Assembly (NCBI RefSeq): GCF_029245835.1
Contig: NZ_JAQWOO010000033.1
Coordinates: 2,447-66,446, forward strand
DNA length: 64,000 bases
Source of the DNA: Algibacter sp.
GTDB lineage: Bacteria > Bacteroidota > Bacteroidia > Flavobacteriales > Flavobacteriaceae
Direction: 5' to 3'
Shown here piece after piece: positions 28,775 through 38,676 of this stretch. The notes beneath the pieces were generated by a model that ran no database searches, was not told where the DNA came from, and worked only from the letters and a program-made list of their open reading frames with translations. Both the position numbers and the translations under genes were made by a program. Position 1 is the stretch's first letter, and every line of letters begins with the position of its first letter.

Positions 28775-29845
28775 TTAGAATAATAGACAAACAGGCTCTG
28801 GGGCTTTAACGTCATGTAAAAAGGTGAGTTTGCCAGAAGTTTTGTCGATGCTAAAAACAGCAATGTTTTGGCTTTTTTTATTGGCTACAAGAAGAAATTT
28901 CCCTGTTGGGTCTATTGTGAAGTTTCTTGGCCAGTCGCCATGAACAGATGTGTTTTGAATTCTTTCAATTTCTCCAGTTTTAGTGTTTCTATTAAATACT
29001 GCAATTGTATTTTCACCACGATTAGAGCCATATAAAAAACGTTCATCTTTTGACAAATGGATGTCTGCACATTTGTTATTTCCTGTGTAATTTTCATCTA
29101 AAGTAGAATCGAAATCAATTTGTTCGAAGCCAAAATCTGTTTTTTTAATTGAAGTTATTGAACCTCCATATTCGTTTATAATGTATATAAAGTTACCATC
29201 TTTGGATATGGCAAAGTGTCTTGGTCCTGGATTGCCTTTAATATTAATTATGGATTCTGACTCTATTTGATAGTTGTTGTCCAGGAGTTTATAATGATAA
29301 AATCTGTTTCTGCCTAAATCAGAAACAAATAAATCGTCTTTATGAAATTGAGATGAATGCGCTCGTGCTGGTTTTTCGCCTTCTTCATTATGGTTAAAAA
29401 TTTGAGATGCTTTTTCTAAACTTCCATTTTTATTAATTGAATAGATTGATATGGTGCCACCACCATAATTAGAAACAACAGCTTTATTGCCAGATTCATT
29501 TACAGCAACATGGCATGGTCCTTTTCCATTGCTACTTTCAGTATTTATAAATGCTAAAGTGCCATCTTCTTTTAGTTTGAATGCTGTTACAGCACTTGCC
29601 TCCCCTTCACCAACAGCGTATAGGTTTTTTTTATTAGGAGAGAATGTTATAAATGAAGGATTTTCCACTGCGACAGCTAATTGTTTGTTAGAAAGTTTGC
29701 CTGTTTCTGTATTAAAATCAAATCGATAAATACCTTCACTGTCTCCGTTGGTGTAAGTGCCAACATAAAGTGTTAGGTTTTGCTGCTTGCAAGAAGAGAA
29801 CGCAAATACAAATAAAAAACTTATGACGATAAATTTAAATTTCAT
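28775..29845 (-). CDS. Lactonase-family 7-bladed beta-propeller lipoprotein (6-phosphogluconolactonase-like)
   Basis: 356 aa. Lipobox FSSC, YVGTYT...GIY N-terminal motif, and repeated blade pattern. Confidence 0.65.
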   Translation of the reverse strand: MKFKFIVISFLFVFAFSSCKQQNLTLYVGTYTNGDSEGIYRFDFNTETGKLSNKQLAVAVENPSFITFSPNKKNLYAVGEGEASAVTAFKLKEDGTLAFINTESSNGKGPCHVAVNESGNKAVVSNYGGGTISIYSINKNGSLEKASQIFNHNEEGEKPARAHSSQFHKDDLFVSDLGRNRFYHYKLLDNNYQIESESIINIKGNPGPRHFAISKDGNFIYIINEYGGSITSIKKTDFGFEQIDFDSTLDENYTGNNKCADIHLSKDERFLYGSNRGENTIAVFNRNTKTGEIERIQNTSVHGDWPRNFTIDPTGKFLLVANKKSQNIAVFSIDKTSGKLTFLHDVKAPEPVCLLF

Positions 29846-30137
29846 AAAAAAAATTAGAATTAGGATTCAAAAATAAGCTTTTTATTTTACCTGAAAATGA
29901 TTAAAAATACCCATTATTAGGTATTTCAAGGGTTTTCTTAAAGTATTAGTTTTGCAATGCTATTAATTAATTCTTAGGGAGAATTAGAGAAGTGTTTCAG
30001 CTATAACAAGCAGGAGCACTTTTTTTTGTTTACAACTGTTTATAACTTGGTTTAAAAAAAGTATAAATTCTATGTATTTTTATAGGCTAGGTTTTCGTTT
30101 TCTAAATGATTTAACAACAAACATCTAAACTTCAAGA

Positions 30138-33100
30138 ATGTACTTAATTTTCGATACTGAAACTACCGGATTGCCAAAACGATGGGACGCACCAATAACT
30201 GATACGGATAATTGGCCAAGGTGTATTCAAATTGCATGGCAATTACATGATGATATGGGTAATTGTATTGAAAGTCAAGATTATTTGGTAAAACCAGAGG
30301 GTTTTAATATTCCTTATGATGCTGAAAAAATACACGGTATTTCTACGGAACTGGCTCAAGAACAAGGTGTTTCGTTAGCTGAAGTTTTAGAAAAATTTAA
30401 TGAGGCTTTAGGGAAAACGAAATTTGTTATTGGGCAAAATGTGAAGTTCGATTTGAATATTATGGGTGCCGAATTTGTGAGAGTTGCTCTTGAAAATCAA
30501 CTTCAAGAATTACCCGTTTTAGATACTTGTACCGAGCATACCGCCGGTTTATGTCAGATTCCTGGGGGGCGTTATGGTAAGTTTAAGTTACCAACGCTAA
30601 CAGAGTTACACGAATTTTTATTTAATGTGCCGTTTTCTGAAGCGCATAATGCAACTGCCGATGTTGAGGCCACCACACGTTGTTTTTTCGAATTGGTACG
30701 TTTGGGAGAATACACCAAAGAGCAGCTAGATGTTCAGCCAGATTATTTCGAGAACTTTAAAAAAGAAAATCCCAATACCATTCAACTTATTGGTTTAAAA
30801 CACATCAACCTTAAAAAGGAAAGTGCTAAAATCAGTGCGCGTCTTAAAAAAGCTCAAGAACCTGATATTTCATCTGAGGATATCAAGCAAAATATATCAG
30901 AATTATCCGATGTAGATTTTGTGCATTTGCATAATCATTCACAATTTTCAGTATTACAATCTACTATGGGTGTTGCTGATATTGTTTCGGCGGCAGCCAA
31001 ATATAATATGCCAGCAGTGGCGCTTACCGATCATGCGAATATGATGGGGGCGTTTCACTTTGTGAATGCTGTAAATAAACATAATAAAAGTGTTAAAGCT
31101 AAAATTGCTGAGGCTAAAGAAAAGGGAGAAACTACTGAGGCAAAACCGATAAAACCCATTGTAGGCTGTGAATTTTTTGTGTGTGAAGACCACGCAGATA
31201 AAAGCAGAAAAGATAATGGTTATCAAATCGTATTATTAGCTAAAAACAAAAACGGGTATCATAATCTAGCAAAATTATCCTCACACGCTTTTGTGGATGG
31301 GTTTTACTATCTGCCAAGAATTGATAAAAAATTGATTCAGGAATACAAAGAAGATTTGATTGTATTAACAGGGAATTTATATGGTGAAGTACCAAGTAAA
31401 GTCTTGAATGTTGGCGAAAATCAAGCAGAAGAAGCTTTGCTTTGGTGGAAAGCTGAATTTGGTGATGATTTGTATATGGAGCTCATGCGCCATAATCAAG
31501 AAGATGAAAACCGCGTAAATCCTACATTAATAAAATTAGCAAATAAACACCATATTAAGTTAGTTGCTACTAATAACACCTACTATCAAAATCAAGAAGA
31601 TGCTAATGCGCACGATATTTTATTGTGTGTAAAAGACGGCGAAAAGCAAGCGACGCCTATCGGAAGAGGGCGAGGATATCGTTACGGATTGCCAAATCAA
31701 GAGTATTATTTCAAGTCGCCTGACGAGATGAAGGAGCTCTTTAAAGATGTGCCTGAAGCGATTTCTAATGTACAAGAAGTGGTTGATAAGATTGAAGGCT
31801 TTCAATTAGCGCGTGATGTACTATTACCTGCTTTTGATATTCCTGAGGAGTTTAAACATGAAGATGATTTAACCGATGGTGGTAAGCGTGGAGAAAATGC
31901 CTATTTAAAACATTTGGTTTTTCAAGGTGCCAAAAAACGATACGGAGAAGAACTTTCAGAAGAAGTCCAAGAACGATTAGATTTTGAATTAAGTGTTATT
32001 GAAAATACAGGGTATCCTGGGTATTTTTTGATTGTTGAAGATTTTATTCGCGAAGCTAGAAAAATGGATGTTTCGGTAGGTCCAGGTCGTGGTTCTGCGG
32101 CGGGTTCTGTAGCGGCATATTGCCTTTGGATTACCAATATAGACCCCTTAAAATACGATTTGCTTTTTGAGCGTTTCTTAAATCCAGATCGTGTTAGTAT
32201 GCCCGATATTGATATTGATTTTGATGACGAAGGCCGAGGTCGCGTTATGCAATATGTTATTGATAAATATGGCAGTAGTCAAGTCGCACAGATTATTACT
32301 TATGGCACCATGGCTGCAAAATCGTCCATTCGAGATACCGCTCGTGTTTTAGATTTACCATTATTTGATGCCGATAGAATTGCGAAATTGATTCCGACCA
32401 TGTCTAAGCTTGGAAAGATTTTTGGTTTAGATGAAAAAGAATTAGGAAAGAAATTTAGGGCTGAAGATTTAGAAAAAGTCAATGAGCTTTTAAATATTGC
32501 TGATGGTAACGATTTGCAAGCTGAAACCGTAAATCTTGCTAGAACGCTGGAAGGTTCAGTTAGAAATACAGGAATTCATGCCTGTGGTGTTATTATAACA
32601 CCTGATGATATTACGAAGTTTGTTCCCGTAGCTTTAGCCAAAGATTCAGATTTGTATGTTACCCAGTTTGATAATTCGGTGGTGGAAGATGCTGGGTTGT
32701 TAAAAATGGATTTCTTAGGGTTAAAAACGCTGACTTTAATTAAAGATACTGTAAAAATAGTCAAAGCGAAGCATGATATTTTACTAGACCCTGAAACATT
32801 TCCGCTTGACGATGAAAAAACCTATGAGTTATTCCAAAGAGGGGAAACCGTTGGGGTTTTTCAATATGAATCTCCCGGAATGCAAAAACACCTTCGCGAT
32901 TTAAAACCTACGGTGTTTGAAGATTTAATTGCGATGAATGCTTTGTATCGTCCGGGTCCAATGGAATACATTCCAAGTTTCGTAAGAAGAAAACATGGCG
33001 ATGAAGATATTGAGTACGATTTACCAGCCATGGAAGAGTACTTAAAAGAAACTTACGGGATTACGGTATACCAAGAGCAAGTGATGTTATTGTCTCAAAG

Positions 33101-34526
33101 TTTAGCAGGATTTACCAAAGGTGAAGCCGATGTGTTGCGTAAGGCGATGGGTAAAAAGCAAATTGCGGTGCTTGATAAAATGAAACCGCAATTTATCGAG
33201 CAGGCTAGTGCCAACGGACATGATGCTAAAATTTTAGAGAAAGTTTGGAAAGATTGGGAAGCCTTTGCGAGTTATGCATTCAACAAATCACACTCCACAT
33301 GTTATGCTTGGATTGCTTACCAAACGGCATACCTTAAAGCGCATTATCCTGCGGAATATATGGCTGCAGTATTGTCTAATAACATGAACGATATTAAGCA
33401 GGTGACCTTCTTCATGGATGAATGTAAACGCATGAAACTTGATGTCCTTGGTCCAGATATAAACGAATCGTTTTATAAGTTTTCAGTAAATAAAGATTAT
33501 GCGGTGCGTTTTGGTATGGGTGCCATTAAAGGTGTCGGTCATGGTGCCGTAATGACGATTGTTGAGCATAGAAAAAAAGATGGGCCTTATAAATCGATTT
33601 TTGATTTTGCAAAGCGCATTGATTTGCGAGCTGCCAATAAAAAAGCCTTTGAGAATCTAGCGTTAGCTGGAGGTTTTGATGGTTTAGGCGATACACATAG
33701 AGCGCAATATTTTCATGATGACGGCGATGGGATTACCTTTTTAGAAAAAGCGATTAAGTATGCACATAAACATCAAGAAAACGAAAATTCTGCTCAGGTA
33801 AGTTTGTTTGGAGAAGCTAGTGATGTGCAAATAGCTGAACCCGAGGTGCCGCCATGTGAAGAGTGGGGCACCATGGAAAAGCTAAGTAAAGAGCGCGAAG
33901 TAGTTGGCGTTTATATTTCTGGGCATCCGTTGGATGATTTTAAAACAGAAATGAAAACCTTTTGTAATGCTACGGTTGGTATGTTTAATACTTTAGAACC
34001 TTACGTGAATCGTGAATTGGTATTTGGTGGTGTGGTTACCGATGTACAACATCGTGTAAGTAAACAAGGTAAAGGTTGGGCACTTTTTACGATTGAGGAT
34101 TATACAGATAGTTATGAATTTAGAATTTTTGGAGAAGAGTACTTAAAATTTAGGCACTTCTTACTCAAAAATAGTTTTGTGTTTGTAAAATCTTTTATTC
34201 GTGAAGGCTGGGTAAATAAAGACACAGGAAAGAAAAGCGATCCAAGGTTGCAGTTTAATAGTTTCCAATTACTGCATGATGTGATGGAGAATTATGCTAA
34301 AAAACTATCCATACAAGTTGATATTAAGGACTTAGACGAGCAAAAAATAACAGCTTTAAAAGAGTTGCTACATATGCATCCAGGAAATCAAGCTTTGAAT
34401 TTCTTGGTTTATGATATGAAAGAAAAGATGAAATTGAGCATGTCTAGTAGAAGGCAGAAGGTGAGAGTTAGTCAGGAACTTATTAGTGAATTAGAGGCAC
34501 AGGATGTTAAATTTAAGTTGAATTAA
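30138..34526 (+). CDS. dnaE: DNA polymerase III alpha subunit (DnaE) with N-terminal DEDDh 3'-5' exonuclease domain
   Basis: 1462 aa. Exo I FDTETTG, Exo II GQNVKFD and Exo III HNATADV lie in the first ~190 aa. They are followed by the PHP domain (HLHNHSQFS) and the polymerase core (GLLKMDFLGL, NKSHS). Confidence 0.9.
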   Translation: MYLIFDTETTGLPKRWDAPITDTDNWPRCIQIAWQLHDDMGNCIESQDYLVKPEGFNIPYDAEKIHGISTELAQEQGVSLAEVLEKFNEALGKTKFVIGQNVKFDLNIMGAEFVRVALENQLQELPVLDTCTEHTAGLCQIPGGRYGKFKLPTLTELHEFLFNVPFSEAHNATADVEATTRCFFELVRLGEYTKEQLDVQPDYFENFKKENPNTIQLIGLKHINLKKESAKISARLKKAQEPDISSEDIKQNISELSDVDFVHLHNHSQFSVLQSTMGVADIVSAAAKYNMPAVALTDHANMMGAFHFVNAVNKHNKSVKAKIAEAKEKGETTEAKPIKPIVGCEFFVCEDHADKSRKDNGYQIVLLAKNKNGYHNLAKLSSHAFVDGFYYLPRIDKKLIQEYKEDLIVLTGNLYGEVPSKVLNVGENQAEEALLWWKAEFGDDLYMELMRHNQEDENRVNPTLIKLANKHHIKLVATNNTYYQNQEDANAHDILLCVKDGEKQATPIGRGRGYRYGLPNQEYYFKSPDEMKELFKDVPEAISNVQEVVDKIEGFQLARDVLLPAFDIPEEFKHEDDLTDGGKRGENAYLKHLVFQGAKKRYGEELSEEVQERLDFELSVIENTGYPGYFLIVEDFIREARKMDVSVGPGRGSAAGSVAAYCLWITNIDPLKYDLLFERFLNPDRVSMPDIDIDFDDEGRGRVMQYVIDKYGSSQVAQIITYGTMAAKSSIRDTARVLDLPLFDADRIAKLIPTMSKLGKIFGLDEKELGKKFRAEDLEKVNELLNIADGNDLQAETVNLARTLEGSVRNTGIHACGVIITPDDITKFVPVALAKDSDLYVTQFDNSVVEDAGLLKMDFLGLKTLTLIKDTVKIVKAKHDILLDPETFPLDDEKTYELFQRGETVGVFQYESPGMQKHLRDLKPTVFEDLIAMNALYRPGPMEYIPSFVRRKHGDEDIEYDLPAMEEYLKETYGITVYQEQVMLLSQSLAGFTKGEADVLRKAMGKKQIAVLDKMKPQFIEQASANGHDAKILEKVWKDWEAFASYAFNKSHSTCYAWIAYQTAYLKAHYPAEYMAAVLSNNMNDIKQVTFFMDECKRMKLDVLGPDINESFYKFSVNKDYAVRFGMGAIKGVGHGAVMTIVEHRKKDGPYKSIFDFAKRIDLRAANKKAFENLALAGGFDGLGDTHRAQYFHDDGDGITFLEKAIKYAHKHQENENSAQVSLFGEASDVQIAEPEVPPCEEWGTMEKLSKEREVVGVYISGHPLDDFKTEMKTFCNATVGMFNTLEPYVNRELVFGGVVTDVQHRVSKQGKGWALFTIEDYTDSYEFRIFGEEYLKFRHFLLKNSFVFVKSFIREGWVNKDTGKKSDPRLQFNSFQLLHDVMENYAKKLSIQVDIKDLDEQKITALKELLHMHPGNQALNFLVYDMKEKMKLSMSSRRQKVRVSQELISELEAQDVKFKLN

Positions 34527-34536
34527 ATAGGGTATT

Positions 34537-35688
34537 ATGAATTTTCAATATAAAATCTCTTTATTTGTTTGTTTTATTCTTGTTGGTTTAACAAGTTGCA
34601 AAGCCAAAAAGCAAAATGGAAAAGTTGTTTCTAACGACATTATTTTTCAAAAGATTTTAGATTCTATATACCATCAAAATGAAGATTGTGTTGGTTTGAT
34701 GGCTCATATTGAAGCTCCAGATAAAGATATATCATGGAATGGTGCAGTAGGATTTTCAAACAAACAAACTAAATCCGTTTTAGAAAAAGATCAGCCTGTT
34801 TTAATCGCTAGTAATACGAAAACTTATGTTGCTGTTGCAATATTAAGACTTGTTGAACAAGATAAAATTGAATTAGATAGCAACATTGAAAATTATATTT
34901 CACCAAAGTCTAAACGTCTTTTGGAATCACATGGATATCAACTAAAGGATATTTCTGTTAAACATTTGCTTACGCATACCAGCGGGATATTTGATTATGC
35001 AGGATCAGGTGATTTTTTTGAGTTCATTAAAACCCAACCAAACTATAGATGGACACGCGATGAGCAAATTCAATTGGCCATGTCTTCTGGAAAACCACTA
35101 GGTGCTCCCGGAGATGTGTTTTCGTATTCTGATACAAATTATCTTTTGTCATCGGAAATCATTGAAACCTTAACTGGGCAGGATTTTTATACTGCCATAC
35201 GAGAGCTATTGAATTTTGAAGGTCTTAATTTAGACGCTACTTGGTTTTCAACATTAGAGGAGTATCCTAAAAACATAAAACCATTAGCGTATCAATATTC
35301 AACCGAAGAGGGTGTTCATAGTTATAGTCTAGATCATTCTTTTGATTTATTTGGTGGTGGAGGTTTGGCTGCAACAACCAAAGATTTGGCTATCTTTTTG
35401 TATAGTGTTTTTAATAATAAAGTTTTTGAAAAGCCAAATACTCTCGAACTCTTATTTACAGAAGTTGATACAAAACAGCCTAAAGAGTGGAGTTATTTTT
35501 TAGGGATATCACCTGTTGATTTTAATGACATAAAAGGCTTTGGGCATAATGGGTATTGGGGAACAGTCGTGAACCATTATCCAGAGCTAAATGCTACTAT
35601 TTCTGTTTTTGTACTCGAAAGGGATAAAAGGCATTTGCGGGTTAATGTAAGTAGAGCTTATTTAGAAGCACTAAAGCACTTGGAATAA
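34537..35688 (+). CDS. Serine hydrolase, beta-lactamase (class C/PBP4-like) family lipoprotein
   Basis: 383 aa. Lipobox LTSC, SxxK motif ASNTK, and YSDTNY. Confidence 0.7.
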   Translation: MNFQYKISLFVCFILVGLTSCKAKKQNGKVVSNDIIFQKILDSIYHQNEDCVGLMAHIEAPDKDISWNGAVGFSNKQTKSVLEKDQPVLIASNTKTYVAVAILRLVEQDKIELDSNIENYISPKSKRLLESHGYQLKDISVKHLLTHTSGIFDYAGSGDFFEFIKTQPNYRWTRDEQIQLAMSSGKPLGAPGDVFSYSDTNYLLSSEIIETLTGQDFYTAIRELLNFEGLNLDATWFSTLEEYPKNIKPLAYQYSTEEGVHSYSLDHSFDLFGGGGLAATTKDLAIFLYSVFNNKVFEKPNTLELLFTEVDTKQPKEWSYFLGISPVDFNDIKGFGHNGYWGTVVNHYPELNATISVFVLERDKRHLRVNVSRAYLEALKHLE

Positions 35689-35827
35689 AATTAATCTTTT
35701 TGCTTTCCATACTTGGACTATGGCTTTATTAAATGCGACTTTTTTTTTACATCTTCATTATTTTATTCGTTTGTTGATTAATATGCGACTTAATGGTTGC
35801 TAAATTGTGATTTTGTTTTGGAAACGA

Positions 35828-35966
35828 CTTTGCGCAAGGAATTGAACAGTTTGTTTGAGCTCCCCAACGCAGGAGGGAGCGAGTAGTGAAATTTTTATAT
35901 TCATGAGTTCAATAATATAAAATAAGAATCAACGAGTAAAGCCCGACCCTTTGGGATGCGCCCAAG
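35828..35966 (-). repeat. GC-rich intergenic repeat, copy C (inverted, with AT-rich internal insertion)
   Basis: The reverse complement reads TGGGCGCATCCCAAAGGGTCGGGCTTTACTCG...[~60 bp AT-rich]...GCTCCCtcctgcgttGGGAGC...CAATTCCTTGCGC. The termini match copies A and B. Confidence 0.5.
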
Positions 35967-36090
35967 TTGAAATAAACCCAAGCAATGCCATCATAGGTAA
36001 AACAAATTGGTGGTTTGTAAGCTTTCGCGTTTTTTTTGACTAATTTTGTGTTGTTAAAACGAATTAAGAACATATTAAAATATAAATATT

Positions 36091-36408
36091 ATGGCATTAG
36101 AGATAACAGATGCAACTTTTGAAGAAACGGTATTAAAAAGTGACAAACCTGTTTTGGTTGATTTTTGGGCAGCTTGGTGTGGACCATGTAGAATGGTAGG
36201 ACCTATTATAGAACAAATTAGCGAGGAATATGATGGTAAAGCTATTGTAGGAAAGGTTGATGTTGATGCTAACCAAGAGTTTGCTGCTAAATACGGCGTG
36301 CGTAACATACCTACGGTATTGGTGTTTCAGAACGGAGAAGTTGTTGGACGTCAAGTTGGTGTAGCTCCAAAAAATGCCTATACAGATGCTATTGATGGTC
36401 TTTTGTAA
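36091..36408 (+). CDS. trxA: Thioredoxin
   Basis: 105 aa with WAAWCGPCRM active site. Confidence 0.95.
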   Translation: MALEITDATFEETVLKSDKPVLVDFWAAWCGPCRMVGPIIEQISEEYDGKAIVGKVDVDANQEFAAKYGVRNIPTVLVFQNGEVVGRQVGVAPKNAYTDAIDGLL

Positions 36409-36431
36409 AAGATAAATAAAAAGAATATTGA

Positions 36432-36463
36432 AAAGGTTTGCCATAATGGTGAACCTTTTTTTA
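36432..36463 (+). terminator. Rho-independent terminator after trxA
   Basis: AAGGTT (36433-36438) pairs with AACCTT (36452-36457), followed by a T-run. Confidence 0.55.
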
Positions 36464-36610
36464 TTTTAGACAAAACGAAAATTGATAAATTTAAAAAGTA
36501 CATTTACGATATGTATTTTTTAAAGATTGTTAATGAGCATGAGAAACGGTTCTGGTTGTTATTAATTTAAAAATTAATAGCATTTAAACACACTAAAATT
36601 AAAACGAATT

Positions 36611-37156
36611 ATGAGTAAAGAGGTAAAAATTCAAGATGTTATTGATAGCAAATTAATAGAACAACGTAAAGTGTTTTTATGGGGGCAGGTAGATGATAAA
36701 TCGGCTAAACATGTTATTGATAGGTTGATGTATTTGGATGCATTGGAGACTAAGGACATCCATTTATATATAAACAGCCCGGGCGGTTATGTCACCTCTG
36801 GTTTTGCTATTTATGATGTTATGAAATCTTTAAAAAGCGATGTGTCTACGATTTGCACGGGTTTTGCTGCATCTATGGGTTCACTTATTTTGTCAGCTGG
36901 CACAAAAGGGAAACGTTATATTCAACCACATGCACGTGTCATGATTCATCAACCAAGTGGAGGTGCTAGAGGGCAAGCCAGTGATATTGAAATTACGGCT
37001 AAAGAGATTATTATTACTAAAGAGTTAAGTGCGCAAATACTAGCTGATAATTGTGGGCAAACCTTTGAAAAAGTCATGAAAGATTTTAACCGCGACCATT
37101 GGATGGGAGCTCAGGAATCTGTGGCCTATGGCATTGTAGATATAGTGGCCCAATAG
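36611..37156 (+). CDS. ClpP-family serine protease (short, stand-alone)
   Basis: 181 aa. INSPGG, the catalytic Ser in GFAASMGS, His in MIHQP, and Asp in NRDHWM. Confidence 0.75.
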   Translation: MSKEVKIQDVIDSKLIEQRKVFLWGQVDDKSAKHVIDRLMYLDALETKDIHLYINSPGGYVTSGFAIYDVMKSLKSDVSTICTGFAASMGSLILSAGTKGKRYIQPHARVMIHQPSGGARGQASDIEITAKEIIITKELSAQILADNCGQTFEKVMKDFNRDHWMGAQESVAYGIVDIVAQ

Positions 37157-37298
37157 CAAAGCTCCTTACCCCCAGAAGGGGGAATTCTCAATGTTGTTTT
37201 TAATTGGGGATTGAAATAATAGATAATAATTTTTTAAAATAAAGATCTGCCGCATGAGTTATTCCTTCCCCATGGGGAGGTTAGGTGGGGATTCTCTT

Positions 37299-38228
37299 AT
37301 GAATTTACGAAGCGAACTAAATAAAGCAGAAGGGTTTAAAAATCTTGAGCTACTTGCAAAACAAGTGGTTGAAGGTTTTATTGCTGGGATGCACAAAAGT
37401 CCGTTTCATGGGTTTTCGGCAGAATTTGCTGAACATAAAATATACAATCAAGGCGAGAGCACACGCCATATCGACTGGAAACTATTTGCTAAAACAGACA
37501 AGCTTTATACAAAGCGTTATGATGATGAAACAAACTTGCGTTGTCATATTATATTAGATAATAGTAGCTCTATGCACTACCCTAAATTGGATTCGTTTTC
37601 TATTGACAGGCTTAATAAGATAGGGTTTTCAGTATTGGCAGCAGCGGCTTTAATGCAAATTTTAAAAAAACAGCGTGATGCTGTAGGTTTGAGTATTTAT
37701 AGTGATAATTATGATTATTATGCGCCAGAGAAAGGTAGCGAGCGCCATCATCAAATGTTATTGAATCATTTAAGTGACGCTGTAATTTCGAAACCTCAAA
37801 ACAAACAAACTGAAACGTATAAATATTTACATGAGATTGCCGAAAAGATTCACAGACGTTCGATGATTTTCTTGTTTACAGATATGTTTCAAACTACAGA
37901 AGATGAGGTTAGGTTGTTTGAAGCTTTAAGGCATTTAAAATATAACAAACATGAGGTGGTTTTATTTCATGTATTTGATAAAGCAAAAGAGTTAAATTTT
38001 GATTTTGATAATAAACCAAAGCGATTTATTGATGTTGAAACTGGCGAGTACATCAACTTATACGCAGATTCTATTAAAGAGAGTTATAGTAAAACCGTTG
38101 ATGCATATTTTAAAGCCTTACGTTTAAAATGTGCACAATACAAAATAAAATATGTTGAGGCAGATATTAATAAAAATTTTAATAACATCCTCACTACCTA
38201 CATGATAGAGCGCCAAAAGTTTGCTTGA
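37299..38228 (+). CDS. DUF58 (vWA-like) protein
   Basis: The GMHKSPFHGFSAEFAEHKIYNQGESTRHIDWK motif is typical of DUF58. I prefer the ATG at 37299 because the track's N-terminal 15 aa overlap a CCCCATGGGG hairpin repeat. Confidence 0.7.
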   Translation: MNLRSELNKAEGFKNLELLAKQVVEGFIAGMHKSPFHGFSAEFAEHKIYNQGESTRHIDWKLFAKTDKLYTKRYDDETNLRCHIILDNSSSMHYPKLDSFSIDRLNKIGFSVLAAAALMQILKKQRDAVGLSIYSDNYDYYAPEKGSERHHQMLLNHLSDAVISKPQNKQTETYKYLHEIAEKIHRRSMIFLFTDMFQTTEDEVRLFEALRHLKYNKHEVVLFHVFDKAKELNFDFDNKPKRFIDVETGEYINLYADSIKESYSKTVDAYFKALRLKCAQYKIKYVEADINKNFNNILTTYMIERQKFA

Positions 38229-38282
38229 TGAAAATTTTATGTAAAAAAGAGAAAAAAGATTTGAGATATAAAAAAAGGCGTG

Positions 38283-38290
38283 TATATTTG
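38283..38290 (+). promoter_or_regulatory. Bacteroidetes-type -7 box TATATTTG for tRNA-Asp
   Basis: It matches TAnnTTTG exactly, 18 bp upstream of the mature tRNA 5' end. Confidence 0.45.
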
Positions 38291-38307
38291 CACCGCAATA
38301 ATGCAAC

Positions 38308-38381
38308 GGTCTGGTAGTTCAGTTGGTTAGAATGTCGCCCTGTCACGGCGAAGGTCGCGGGTTCGAGTCCCGTCCAGACCG
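38308..38381 (+). tRNA. tRNA-Asp (anticodon GTC)
   Basis: Manual cloverleaf. Acceptor GGTCTGG/CCAGACC, D arm GTTC/GAAT, anticodon stem TCGCC/GGCGA with loop CTGTCAC, and T arm GCGGG-TTCGAGT-CCCGT. There is no encoded CCA. Confidence 0.9.
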
Positions 38382-38408
38382 CTAAAAATTGCAAAAGAAA
38401 GCTCTGAG

Positions 38409-38562
38409 AAATTAGGGCTTTTTTTGGTAATTATAACGATGTTGTGTTGTCCTAGAGGTGTCTAGGATGTAGTTTGCCAAATTTATTTTGGTAATCCAAT
38501 GGAAAGCTTTCCTTTTTTCTGTGAAGAAAATTGGGATGCTTTTTTGTTTTAGGGAGGTTTGT
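38409..38562 (+). repeat. Left copy (DR-L) of the ~154-bp direct repeat bracketing the CRISPR-Cas island
   Basis: 38409-38503 is 95/95 identical to 46238-46332. The remaining ~60 bp are similar apart from two short variant patches. DR-L begins 27 bp after tRNA-Asp and supplies the 3' half of the tRNA terminator. Confidence 0.85.
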
Positions 38563-38582
38563 AAAACCTCTGATTCTTCAAA

Positions 38583-38676
38583 AATAAAAAAAAGTCCCAC
38601 CGAAGCAGGACTAAAGATTTTCATCTACGGCATATAGCCTTATTGTGATAAGATTAAAGATTAGAAATTTTAATCT
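38583..38676 (-). ncRNA. tracrRNA (predicted)
   Basis: Read on the minus strand:
- Anti-repeat UUUCUAAUCUUUAAUCUUAUCACAAU (38667-38642) pairs with repeat nt 1-26. All positions pair (three are G:U wobbles) except a central UU/UU mismatch.
- Nexus-like AAGGCUAUAUGCCGU (38641-38627) follows.
- Next comes an AGAU-GAAA-AUCU hairpin.
- An 8-bp UUCG-loop terminator (38612-38593) plus a U8 tract ends the RNA.
- The upstream -7 box TACATTTG lies at 38688-38681.
The 5' end is estimated. Confidence 0.75.

Noticed and set aside
38194-38394. 66-aa minus-strand ORF
   Set aside because: It is antisense to tRNA-Asp; its translation includes the reverse complement of the tRNA.
38412-38624. 70-aa minus-strand ORF
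   Set aside because: It lies in the DR-L repeat and the tracrRNA terminator. The equivalent region in DR-R has no conserved ORF.
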